DNA of 51,888 nt, the filler included, from an uncultured virus (IMG/VR IMGVR_UViG_2061766007_000155) (Duplodnaviria; Heunggongvirae; Uroviricota; Caudoviricetes). It is 5 parts of one record of this genome, joined end to end, with 100 filler letters (N's around TTAATTAATTAA, not from the genome) between each part and the next. Parts side by side here need not be neighbours in the genome. Positions count along the whole stretch, not along the records: positions 10,260 to 41,201 come from IMGVR_UViG_2061766007_000155; 4 more parts are not named here. One strand, 5' to 3'. Of this stretch, positions 21,913 to 32,300 are shown in pieces. The first letter of the stretch is position 1, and each line of letters begins with the position of its first letter. The notes below the pieces were generated by a model that made no database searches, was not told the DNA's origin, and saw nothing but the letters and a program-made list of their open reading frames with translations. A program made the position numbers and the translations under genes.

Positions 21913-22677
21913 TATCTATCTCGACATGGACTTCGGCCATAACCTCTACACGGACGAGCCGGGGATGCAGATGAAGGTAAAGCTTGTCGAGCTCGCAATC
22001 TCCGTCAAGAACGGCGACCGCGAGATGGTCTTCACCTTCGTAAAGAACGGCGAGGAACAGGACAACGCATTCAGCACCATGTTCCTTAACGAGAAGGAGG
22101 AGAACGACAAGGGCAAGATGGTCCCGAAGCCGTTCAANNNNNNNNNNCCAAAGAAGGAAAGCTTTCACTAGACTTTATGGGCGGCCTGACAAAGTTCCTC
22201 ACCCCCAACCAGCAAATCCGCAAGTTCCAGGTCAAGACATTCGGCAACGGGAACGACGGCGAAATCGACGGCATCACCCGCGCATTTGCCAAGTGGGCAT
22301 CCGCCGGCAACATCCCGGAACTCGCCAATTTCGCCGAGAAGGTCCCCAGTGCCCAGGTGCCATGGAAGATTACCATCCCGATGGGCGACTTCGGCATCTA
22401 TCTCGACATGGACTTCGGCCATAACCTCTACACGGACGAGCCCGGNNNNNNNNNNNNNNNNNNNNNNNNNNNNNNNNNNNNNNNNNNNNNNNNNNNNNNN
22501 NNNNNNNNNNNNNNNNNNNNNNNNNNNNNNNNNNNNNNNNNNNNNNNNNNNNNNNNNNNNNNNNNNNNNNNNNNNNNTGACGAGTGCGAGTCATTTACAA
22601 TTGGAAACGCCCCCGTGGAAGACGAGGGCGATGAAGATGATGGCGATGTCGAGCCTATCGTGTACGAAGCTCCCTAG
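21913..22677 (+). CDS. Hypothetical protein (scrambled fragments, start in gap)
   Basis: Pieces share IYLDMDFGHNLYTDEP overlap; acidic C-terminus. Confidence 0.6.
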
Positions 22678-22904
22678 ATGAACCTCCTGGTCTGGGGATT
22701 CGCGCACAGCACGGCGACGGAGAGATGCTTCGTCGCCTTTTTTCGTACCCTGATTCGCTTCTTGGTGACCGGGACCTGCGGCTTGGGAGCCGGTGCCGGC
22801 TTGGGGGCCGGGACTGCCTGTGCCGGCCTGGTGTCTTCCGGCTCCGCCGTGAGTTCGACTGCCGTTTCGCTATAGGGGAATGATTTTTTAGTTTTCTTCG
22901 CCAT
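22674..22904 (-). CDS. Small basic Pro-rich protein
   Basis: MAKKTKK... 7 nt downstream of TATAAACT (22912-22919). Confidence 0.6.
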   Translation of the reverse strand: MAKKTKKSFPYSETAVELTAEPEDTRPAQAVPAPKPAPAPKPQVPVTKKRIRVRKKATKHLSVAVLCANPQTRRFI

Positions 22905-22969
22905 GTCAATGAGTTTATATCCCGATTGATATAGTTTTTCCCGCAGAAACCTTATAAGGAGATTCAACT

Positions 22970-23582
22970 ATGTTAATCGAAGTACTGGCAGTCGTCATCG
23001 TCGTGCTGTTCGTCGCCGGTTTCCTCGTCCTCTTCAACCGCCGCCGCGCAGTAGTGGCCAAGGCTTTCGAGGAAGACTACCCGGAAATCAAGCCCGATGA
23101 ATCCGGCAAGCCCGAAACTGAAGAAAGCGGCGACGACAAGAAGACCGAAATCTTCGCCGCCGTCGACACGTCGAACACCCAGGAAGCCACCGGGTTCGGC
23201 TACGATGCCACCGGGGAGTCCGTCGTGAAGAACCTCGCCTTCGAGGAGAAGCTCGGCAAGGANNNNNNNNNNCGTGCTCAAGGTCGCCAAGGTGCCCGAG
23301 TCCGGTGACGCCACGCTCAAGCGCTACCGCTCCAAGCTCGCCGAGCTCAAGGCCACGATTCCCGCTGCCTCCGCCAAGGCCGAGCCAGTCCGGTACATGG
23401 GCTACGAGAAGAAGCCGGTGACGTCCACCGACAGCGCGGAAGTGATTGTCGTAGGCACGGTCGGTGCCGAGAAGAAGGCATCCAAGAAGGCCACCAAGGC
23501 CAAGAAGCCGGCAAAGAAGAAGGCTCCTTCCAAGAAGAAGCCGGCAAAGAAGACCAAGAAGGCCAAGAAGGCCAAGAAGTAG
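22970..23582 (+). CDS. Membrane-anchored protein with histone H1-like Lys/Ala tail
   Basis: AGGAG RBS; N-terminal TM helix plus RRR; C-terminal KKASKKATKAKKPAKKK...; one gap. Confidence 0.7.
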
Positions 23583-23603
23583 GACTTTCCTCCTAGACCA
23601 CGG

Positions 23604-23628
23604 AAGGCCGGAGCAATCCGGCCTTTTT
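23604..23628 (+). terminator. Intrinsic terminator
   Basis: AAGGCCGGA-gcaa-TCCGGCCTT-TTT. Confidence 0.85.
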
Positions 23629-23847
23629 CTATTTGTACCTGAACTTTATCCTTCCCCTGCCCAGGTCGTATGGTCCTATCTCGACTCTCACCCTGTCGTC
23701 GACGGTCACCTTGATGTTGCACCTGGTCATCTTCCCGCACGGCCTGGCCAGGACCTCGAAGTCGTTGTCCAGCCTTACCAGGAAGAACCCGTTCCCCCGT
23801 GCCTCGGCCACGGTGCCGTCTACTTCAACCCCGCATTCCTTAGCCAT
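23629..23847 (-). CDS. infA: Translation initiation factor IF-1
   Basis: 72 aa; MAKE...G.V.E...F.V.LDN...GKM...DRV.VE..PYDL.RGRI.FR. Confidence 0.92.
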   Translation of the reverse strand: MAKECGVEVDGTVAEARGNGFFLVRLDNDFEVLARPCGKMTRCNIKVTVDDRVRVEIGPYDLGRGRIKFRYK

Positions 23848-24169
23848 CCAGAGGTTCCCCCAGTTTCGACCGGAGATGCCGGTCGATGAATATGTACTCG
23901 TAGTTGATTGCCTTGACGTCGGTCCCGTCCATCGCGAGCACGAGGACGCCGTCCCTGTTCCTGTAGACCTCGAACTTCTTCCCGTCCTTGCTTGCCCGGA
24001 TGGACACCACGTAGTCCCGGTAGGCCCTTCCGGGGCCGTTGTACCCTATGAGCGACACCGGGTCCGGCGAGCGCCTGCAGAGCTTCTCCTTGGCCCTGTT
24101 GGCGAGCTCTATGAACTTCGCCTGGTCCAGATTCGGCAGTATTCCGTGTATTTCGTCTTCTTGTTGCAT
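23840..24169 (-). CDS. Hypothetical protein
   Basis: 109-aa ORF overlapping the infA start; TATAAACT at 24180-24187. Confidence 0.65.
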   Translation of the reverse strand: MQQEDEIHGILPNLDQAKFIELANRAKEKLCRRSPDPVSLIGYNGPGRAYRDYVVSIRASKDGKKFEVYRNRDGVLVLAMDGTDVKAINYEYIFIDRHLRSKLGEPLDG

Positions 24170-24208
24170 GATAAACTGCAGTTTATATAATTTTTTCTTA
24201 AGAAACTG

Positions 24209-24237
24209 TTGACAACCTGTTGATAAAGTGTTATATT
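24209..24237 (+). promoter_or_regulatory. Sigma70-like promoter for phage sigma gene
   Basis: TTGACA-17 bp-TATATT, 32 nt before ATG. Confidence 0.6.
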
Positions 24238-24269
24238 AATGTCAACATATAGTGGGTAGGTAGGCTACC

Positions 24270-25191
24270 ATGGCTAAATGCATTGAATCGGGAGAACTGG
24301 AACTCCTACTGAAGGAAACTTCGTCATATGAAATCATAGGGAAGGACGCCGAGACGGCGTGCTTCAAGATTTACCACAGCGCGAAGAGCTCGCCGGCCGT
24401 CAAGGAGGCAGCGAAGCTCAAGGTCATCCAGTCGAACCTCAGGTTCGCCCTGAAGTTCGCCATCGACTACAGCAAGATTACCGGGATTCCCGTGTCTGAC
24501 TTCTACGCCGACGGAAAGCTCGGCCTGCTGGACGCGTTCTACCGGTACGACTGGACAACGGGCGTCAAGTTCGGCTCCTACGCTGTCTGGTACCTCCGCA
24601 CCAGGATGGGCGGCAGCGTGCAGGAGAACGACCTCGTGCGCGTGCCCGTGAGGCTCAGGAAGAAGGTCCTCAAGGCCCTCAAGAAGGGGGAGGACATAGA
24701 GGCCATCAGGTACGGCAAGGAGGCCGAGGCGTCCATGATGCACACGTTCTCCATGTACACCCCGCTGGTCGACGTCGACGCCGACTCCGACGGGGACTCA
24801 CTCACGGTCGGCGACACCATACCGGACGAAGACAAGGAGCTGATGCCCGANNNNNNNNNNTCTGGTCGACGGCGACGCCGACTCCGACGGGGACTCCCTC
24901 ACGGTCGGCGATACCATACCGGACGAAGACAAGGAGCTGATGCCCGACTACGGACACGCCCACGAGCTGCTCCGGGAGAAGCTCGACGAGCAGCTGAACG
25001 GGACGCTAACGCTGGAAGAGAGCAAATTGTTGCGCCACCTGTACGGTCTCGACGGAGAAGAGACTAGTTTAGACGATGCGGCGGCCGAAATCGGGAGCAG
25101 CAAGGACTGGGCAAGGCGGGCCAAGGCCAGGGCTCTCGCCAAGCTACGGGAATCGCACGCGTTCGACGACTTCGCCGAAGGAGTGTACTGA
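24270..25191 (+). CDS. Phage sigma70-family RNA polymerase sigma factor
   Basis: Region 2 SNLRF...GLLDA..RYD...GVKFGSYAVW...VRVP; region 4 LYGLDG...ARALAKLR; gap with duplicated flanks. Confidence 0.9.
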
Positions 25192-25192
25192 T

Positions 25193-26176
25193 GTGGGACT
25201 CTTCAAGAAAATCAAGGAATTCGTCCTCGGAGAGGACATAGAAGACTCCGGCTGGAACCTGGACGGAGATGAAAAGGAAAACGAGGAAGACATGAACGGA
25301 TATTACAGCGACTACGATGCCGAGCCTACCGTGCTCTACAGCGATAACCCCCAGATGCCCCAGGAAATCAAGGGCGGTGGGAACCCGGACAGGCTCAACG
25401 ACGCCACCATGAGGGAGGTGGCCAGAATCAACGCGGCGCACCCGATTCCCGGCCAGGTAATGACCGGCCAGAGGGGACGCAGGCAGGCCCCGCAGGGACC
25501 GCGCAGAATCGGCGGGCAGCAGATGCGCCAGCAGCAGATGGCCGCGCAGCGCCAGCTGGCACAGCAGCAACAGTGGGAACACCAGCAGTGGGAACAGCAG
25601 CAACAGTGGGAGCAGCAACAGCAGTGGAACCAGCCGCAACAGCCGCAGCAGCCGCAGCAGCCCGTCTACGACCCGCAACAGCAGCAGGCGTTCTACCAGC
25701 AACAGCAGATGTACTACCAGCAACAGCAGCAGGGACAGCAGGGACAGCAGCAACAGGCGAAGCAGCCCAACCCGGCAATCCAGCGGGCACCCGTCAACTA
25801 CGGCGAGCCGTACTCCGAGATGATTGTATCGAACGGCCAGTACCACTTCTTCCTGGACCTCCCGGGAGTACCCGAGGAAGACATCGGGGTTTCCTACGTG
25901 AACATGAACCTCGTAATCACGGGCACCAGGAAGCTCAAGTCCGAGATGATGGCCCCGAAGGTGAAGGGCAAGGGCAACAAGGGCAAGCGTCCGGAATTTG
26001 ACGCGCTCGTCACGGTGCCCCCGTTCGTGGAGAACTTCAGGTACTCGTTCTACTTCCCGCGCCCGGTCGACCAGGAGTCCTTCAAGACGGAACTGTCCCA
26101 GGGCATCCTCCACATCTGGATGGACATCCTCGGCGAGAAGGGACCCGGCGGAATCGCCATCAAGGTCGGCGCTTAA
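25193..26176 (+). CDS. Hsp20/alpha-crystallin protein with Gln-rich N-terminal domain
   Basis: DLPGVPEEDI...LVITGTR...FRYSF.FP..VD...L..GILHI; GTG start after sigma stop. Confidence 0.85.
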   Translation: MGLFKKIKEFVLGEDIEDSGWNLDGDEKENEEDMNGYYSDYDAEPTVLYSDNPQMPQEIKGGGNPDRLNDATMREVARINAAHPIPGQVMTGQRGRRQAPQGPRRIGGQQMRQQQMAAQRQLAQQQQWEHQQWEQQQQWEQQQQWNQPQQPQQPQQPVYDPQQQQAFYQQQQMYYQQQQQGQQGQQQQAKQPNPAIQRAPVNYGEPYSEMIVSNGQYHFFLDLPGVPEEDIGVSYVNMNLVITGTRKLKSEMMAPKVKGKGNKGKRPEFDALVTVPPFVENFRYSFYFPRPVDQESFKTELSQGILHIWMDILGEKGPGGIAIKVGA

Positions 26177-26196
26177 TTTTCCCATAATAGCCAAAC

Positions 26197-26222
26197 AAGC
26201 CCGGGAGCAATCCCGGGCTTTC
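26197..26222. terminator. Intrinsic terminator (haplotype A)
   Basis: AAGCCCGGGA-gcaa-TCCCGGGCTT-T. Confidence 0.8.
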
Positions 26223-26319
26223 TACGTTGAAAGGTATGTTACCGTTTCATTTCCGTTTCCCGCCGCCGCAGTTGCAGCCCTTGCGGATTGTCTGGTAGNN
26301 NNNNNNNNAAGGTGGCATG

Positions 26320-27012
26320 TTACCCTGAGTTACTAAAATCCATGTCGTTCACTAGATAATCCACCACATCGGTACTATCCGTGAAGGTCCTCGGGCTATA
26401 ACCTTGTACGGTCGCGGTAAATTTTCCGCCGGAAAACTTGATGCTGGCCTTCTTGTCCCAATCGCTGATGAACAATGTATCACCTTCTAGCCGTGGGTCA
26501 CAGCCGACCCCGCTAAAGAACTTTGCAAGGTCTTCTAACTCGGACGGGTCGCTCTGCGAGGAATCTACTACTTTGGCAAGTATCTGATGCCAGTCATCCT
26601 CGCCCAGGCTTCCGGTCATCCCGGCCTTGCTGACATCGAAATTCAAACTGCGTACCTTTGAGCCCAGGACCGTACGATATGATGGATTGTCGGTTATATT
26701 GACGACAAGTGTAATCGCGTGTCCGTTAAATACCGGATACATGAATGCATGCATTTCTTTGGGATTGCCGTTACCGGTATTTTGAACCAAGCACAGAACA
26801 AAGGCAAGGCCATTTTCGTCATTCACGTCAACACCGGCATAGTGGAAATCACCCATTTCGGCTGCTACGGACTTCATCGTATTGTAGTTCGCGCATATCC
26901 ATTGGGCTCGCTTTGCTTTTCGGTCCTCTTCGCCGGTGTAAGGCGTGTACGCCGATGACTCGAGGCAGACCCTATATCCTTCGCGTAGCGCGTTCAGTGT
27001 GGCCTTATTCAT
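26320..27012 (-). CDS. Accessory lower-GC protein present in one haplotype only
   Basis: 230 aa; ATG overlaps DUF393 stop; absent at the same junction in two other alleles; VCLE-S motif. Confidence 0.75.
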   Translation of the reverse strand: MNKATLNALREGYRVCLESSAYTPYTGEEDRKAKRAQWICANYNTMKSVAAEMGDFHYAGVDVNDENGLAFVLCLVQNTGNGNPKEMHAFMYPVFNGHAITLVVNITDNPSYRTVLGSKVRSLNFDVSKAGMTGSLGEDDWHQILAKVVDSSQSDPSELEDLAKFFSGVGCDPRLEGDTLFISDWDKKASIKFSGGKFTATVQGYSPRTFTDSTDVVDYLVNDMDFSNSG

Positions 27013-27206
27013 TTTCTCTTTCCTCCGCCGCAGTTGCAGCCTTTTCTAATTGTCTGGTAGGTCTTCCTTACCGCCCCGCTGACCTTGTATATGGCCTTNN
27101 NNNNNNNNTGGGCATCCTCCACATCTGGATGGACATCCTCGGGGAGAAGGGCCCAGGCGGAATCGCCATCAAGGTCGGTGGCTAAGAGAGTCTCCTTCAA
27201 AAAAGC

Positions 27207-27233
27207 AAGGCCGGGACGATGTCCCGGCCTTTT
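27207..27233. terminator. Intrinsic terminator (haplotype C)
   Basis: AAGGCCGGGAC-gat-GTCCCGGCCTT-TT. Confidence 0.8.
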
Positions 27234-27251
27234 ACGTTCAGTTTTGCTTCG

Positions 27252-27702
27252 CTATTTCCGTTTCCCGCCGCCGCAGTTGCAGCCCTTGCGGATTGTCTGG
27301 TAGGTCTTCCTTACCGCCCCGCTGACCTTGTATATGGCCTTCACACCGGAAGTCGGAATCTTCCCGGGGATGCTCACGCCCATGTCCTTCAGCCTCTGCG
27401 GGAGCAGAGCGTTGAGGTCGCGGATTTCCGGGAAGTCGGCCGTAAGCCTCTCCACGGCNNNNNNNNNNAAGCCTCTGCGGGAGCAGCGCGTTGAGGTCGC
27501 GGATTTCCGGGAAGTCGGCCGTAAGCCTCTCCACGGCCCGCACTCCCTCGAACAGCTGACCTGTTGCCGTGCGGTAGTGCACGTCCTTCTGGTCGGGTGC
27601 CGCCGGCTCGTAGTCGAGCCTGTCCTGCAGGCGCTTCTCGATGAAGCGCTTGTAGTTGGTGCACAGGGGGCAAGTCGCGTCGTAGATAAGCGTAGGCTTC
27701 AT
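27252..27702 (-). CDS. DCC1/DUF393-like thiol-disulfide oxidoreductase
   Basis: LIYDATCPLC (DxxCxxC), G..A motif; C-terminal GCNCGG. Confidence 0.75.
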
Positions 27703-27703
27703 G

Positions 27704-29333
27704 CTAGAACCTCTTCTGGAACCCGCCCTCGATGCACTGGGTGGTCACCTGGCCGTTCGGGTATACCATCGTGGTAACCGGGGAGCACTTGGTGTAGGAG
27801 AATTCCTGGTCGTTGCCGGAAGCGGCGGAACGGTAAGCGCCGAGAATCTCGTCGAGGTCGTCGGCCACGTCGTCCATCGTGCGTTCCCTGGCGTATTCCT
27901 GCGCCACTTCCATCGGGCTCGGGTCGATTGTCAGCCCGTTGAACCCGGCGGGGGCCAGGTCGCGGTCGTTGAACTCGGCCAGGTCGTCTGCCTGGGAGAG
28001 GTCCGCGTTGCCCACCTTGGAGAGCTCGTTGCACTGGAAGCAGTATTCCGGCCAGACGCCGTCCTTGCCCTTGGCGAAGTCGGCCTCGCAGTTGGTAGGC
28101 TTGGCGGTAGTAATCATGTTGCCGTCGTTGTTCTTCACGATGAAGATGCGAGGGATGCCCGATACCTGCACGGCGTCGCCGAGCTGGAACGCGTTGTTGC
28201 GCGTGCAGCCCATATTGTTGCACTCGAACATGTACTTGTTCACGAAGTTCCTGCCCATGCCGCGCTCAACGGATTCCATGCTGAACGCGAGACTGCGCTT
28301 GAGGGAGCGTCCTACCGGGTTCATGCACTGCTCGTCGGGAGTGACGTTGTTCGCGTCGGAAGTGCCGGTCGTGCCGGCGGCTTCGGTACTTTCCGCGTTG
28401 GCGAGGTTCTCGGCTGCCGTCTGGAGGTCCGCAGTGGCGTCCGCGACCTGCTCGTTGGCCTGGCCGTTCGCCTGCATTGCACNNNNNNNNNNGGGGGTGA
28501 CGTTGTTCGCGTCGGAAGTGCCGGTCGTGCCGGCGGCTTCTGTACTTTCCGCGTTGGCGAGGTTCTCGGCTGCCGTCTGGAGGTCTGTAGTGGCGTCCGC
28601 GACCTGCTCGTTGGCCTGGCCGTTCGCCTGCATTGCACNNNNNNNNNNGGTGAAGCTCATGAGTTCGTTGATTGTGTTCTCGTCCTTCAGCTTCAGGTAC
28701 CCGCGCTGGACATACAGCTTGAGCAGCATGACGGCCCTGGTCTTGACCGGGTTCGTCGAGTAGATGCCGCGGAAATACTGGTCATAGTTGATAAGGTTGT
28801 CGTACCCGAGGTTCTCGAACATCGTCTTGTGGGCAGTCATGCCGGAACCGCCGTTGTACTCGATGGTAAGCGGCGGGTTACCGTACATCCTGAGGATGCT
28901 TGCGGACATGGCGCAGAAGTCCTCGACCGTNNNNNNNNNNTAGGTCCGCGGTGGCGTCCGCGACCTGCTCGTTGGCCTGGCCGTTCGCCTGCATTGCACT
29001 GCTCACCTGGTCCGCCGGGTCAACCGTCGGGCCGTCCTCCTCGAAGAGCGGGCCGCCCTCGACGGGGTTCCCGGTGTTGTCGGTGTAGGTCGGGTTGCCG
29101 GAGCTGCCGAAGGACTTCCCGTCGGTACGGGGCTGCGGAACGCCGTCGATTTCCGGCGTGTCCGTCGATGCCGGAGTAGCCGTTGTCAGTGTCTTGAACT
29201 TCCCGCTGCCGTCCTGGTCGTATTCCCTGACCGTGGCCGGGAGGTCTTCTTCCTTCTTTTCGGTGTCGGAATTGGTGGATGTCGCTTCCACTAGCTTTGT
29301 GAGCTGGAGTAACTGGTCGAGTTCGTCAAACAT
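27704..29333 (-). CDS. Putative internal head protein (acidic N-half, KOW/SH3-like domain); interleaved with allele and terminase pieces
   Basis: TATAAACT at 29365-29372; LVE-A, SME-S, MFE-C motifs; FQLGDAVQVSG. Confidence 0.6.
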
Positions 29334-29367
29334 GGCATGCCCGTGCTTAAAATTGTTCTTCAACAGT

Positions 29368-32300
29368 TTATATTGGTTGAGGAATCGCTTCGGGTGCCTT
29401 CTGCTGGTTGGCGGCCATGTTCGCGAGAGCCAGCTGCTCCTTCATGGCGACGGGGTCTCCCCGGGTGAGGATGGTCGCCTTCATCTCTTCCTTGAACTCG
29501 CTCGCGGCGAACGTGATTTCCAGGGCGTCCGTGAAGGTGAGGTCCTCGTGCTTGCCCGGGAACCAGTTGGAGTCCATGAAGTAGACGCACCAGTAAAGGC
29601 TGGTCACGTGGTCGTCGTGGTTTCCGCCGGAGCCGCCCCAGGTGAACTGGTTCAGCTTAGTGAAGCTCATGAGTTCGTTGATGGTGTTCTCGTCCTTCAG
29701 CTTCAGGTATCCACGCTGGACATATAGCTTGAGCAACATGACGGCCCTGGTCTTAACCGGGTTCGTCGAGTAGATGCCGCGGAAATACTGGTCATAGTTG
29801 ATAAGGTTGTCGTACCCGAGGTTCTCGAACATCGTCTTGTGTGCAGTCATGCCGGAACCACCGTTGTACTCGATGGTCAGCGGCGGGTTCCCGTACATCC
29901 TGAGGATGCTTGCGGACATGGCGCAGAAGTCCTCGACCGTNNNNNNNNNNCACCTGCTCGGCACGGCAGGAAGTCTTTGCCAGCAAAATCTGTAGAACGT
30001 GGGAGTCCTGGCGCATGCCGAACCCGGTATCGAGGGCGGCGACGTATGTCCAGTCTTCCTTTTCCATTACCTGTTTGGGTATGGGAGGGGCGAAAACGCG
30101 GAGCGAGTATTCCTTTGGTACTCCCGGGATTTTCATCGGCTTGTCCGGGTGCAGAATCTGCAGGGTCTTGTAGTCGATAAGCGTAGTCGCGGAACCGATG
30201 AATTCGCACATGTATTCCTGGCGGAACCTCTGTTCGCCGATACGGGCCTCTTCGTCGATGCCCCACTGGGGCTCGCGTCCCGGNNNNNNNNNNTACCTGC
30301 TCGGCACGGCAGGAAGTCTTTGCTAGCAAAATCTGCAGGACGTGGGAGTCCTGGCGCATGCCGAACCCGGTATCGAGTGCGGCAACGTATGTCCAGTCTT
30401 CCTTTTCCATTACTTGCTTGGGAATGGGAGGGGCGAAAACGCGGAGCGAGTATTCCTTGGGAACTCCCGGGATTTTCATAGGTTTGTCCGGGTGCAGAAT
30501 CTGTAGGGTCTTATAGTCGATAAGCGTTGTTGCGGAACCGATGAATTCGCACATGTATTCCTGGCGGAACCTCTGCTCGCCGATACGGGCCTCTTCGTCG
30601 ATGCCCCACTGGGGCTCGCGTCCCGGGACATCGCTCCACAGAACCGTGGACTTCACGTATTTCGACTGCAGCTCGTGCGGGGTCGCCGTCTTCTCGTCTA
30701 CGGCGTCCTCCCACATGCGGTAGAAATGGTTCATGCCGTTGGGCGTGGACGTGATGATGATTCGCGTGGTCTTACCGGACGAAATCGTGGGCATCACGGA
30801 TGCCATGAACTCGTCGGCCATTCCCGGGCGGAGGAACGCGAATTCGTCCAGGTACAGCAGGTTCGGGGAGAAACCGCGGATACCGTCCGGGGACGACGCG
30901 GCCACCATGATGCGGCACCCGTTGGAGAACTGGATGCTCATCTTGTTCCACAGCTTCACGCCCGGCTGGAGCCAGTACGGGAGCGCCACGTAGGATTCCC
31001 TGAGGAGCTGCAGCTGTTCCTTGGCAAGCATCAGCTTGTTCGCCAGCATGGCCACCAGCTTGTCCTGGTGGAACATAGCGTACCACAGGATGTATGCGCG
31101 GACGACGGTGGACTTTCCCACCTGTCGGCTCCACCTGTTGATATTGAACCTGTACTTAAGGAAACGGCGGATGGCCTCGTCCTGGAAAGGATAGGTCTTC
31201 ATCAGCTGCATGCCGTTATCCTTGGTGTTGATATAGACGTAGTTACGTATAAAGTAAATCGGNNNNNNNNNNCGCGTACCACAGGATGTATGCGCGGACG
31301 ACGGTTGATTTTCCAACCTGTCGGCTCCACCTGTTGATATTGAACCTGTACTTTAGGAAGCGTCTGATTGCCTCGTCCTGGAAAGGATAGGTCTTCATCA
31401 ACTGCATTCCGTTATCCTTGGTGTTGATATAGACGTAGTTACGTATAAAGTAAATCGGNNNNNNNNNNNNNNNNNNNNNNNNNNNNNNNNNNNNNNNNNN
31501 NNNNNNNNNNNNNNNNNNNNNNNNNNNNNNNNNNNNNNNNNNNNNNNNNNNNNNNNNNNNNNNNNNNNNNNNNNNNNNNNNNNNNNNNNNNNNATTGTGC
31601 CTTGTAACCCGTGGACAATTATGTAGTTTATATCTCGATGAAAGAATTTCTAATTATTACCGCTTTCCGCGATAACCGGGACCCTTACCGGCGTCGCAAT
31701 CTGNNNNNNNNNNCATCTACATGGATGAGCTGGATACGAGATGCAAGGTGGCCGGCAATGAGTTGTGGGGAGGCGAGAAAGACCACGGCGTAACCATACG
31801 CAGGCAGACGGGGCTTACGGTCGCCTTCACATACGACGATTTCAAGGCTGTCCGCGGATTCGACGTGGAGTTTGCCGGGTGGGGCGCGGAGGATGACGCA
31901 TTCATGTACAAGTTCCTGCGTACGGGTAGGGAGGTCATGCGGAACACGGACAGGACCGCAATCGCATACCACATGTTCCACCCGAAGGTGAACACCCCGG
32001 AATATGCCGGAGGGGTTACCTACCGGAAGAACCGGGTGTACTGCGCGTGCATCAGGAGGATGCAGGACGGGGATTTCGCCAGGTACCTGGAGGGCGAAAA
32101 GACGCTTGACGGGCTGGTGGCGAAATACAGGGCGCTGGGCCGCCTGGAGACATCGCTCGACTGGAAGGTGTCGGCGACGAAGACCCTGCACATGGACACC
32201 ACCATATACGACATCGACCGCGGCGGCGAGATGTCAATCGACCGGATTATGGAGGCGGTCGAGCGGGAGGACGGCCCGGAAGGGATAATCTGGTACGTTG

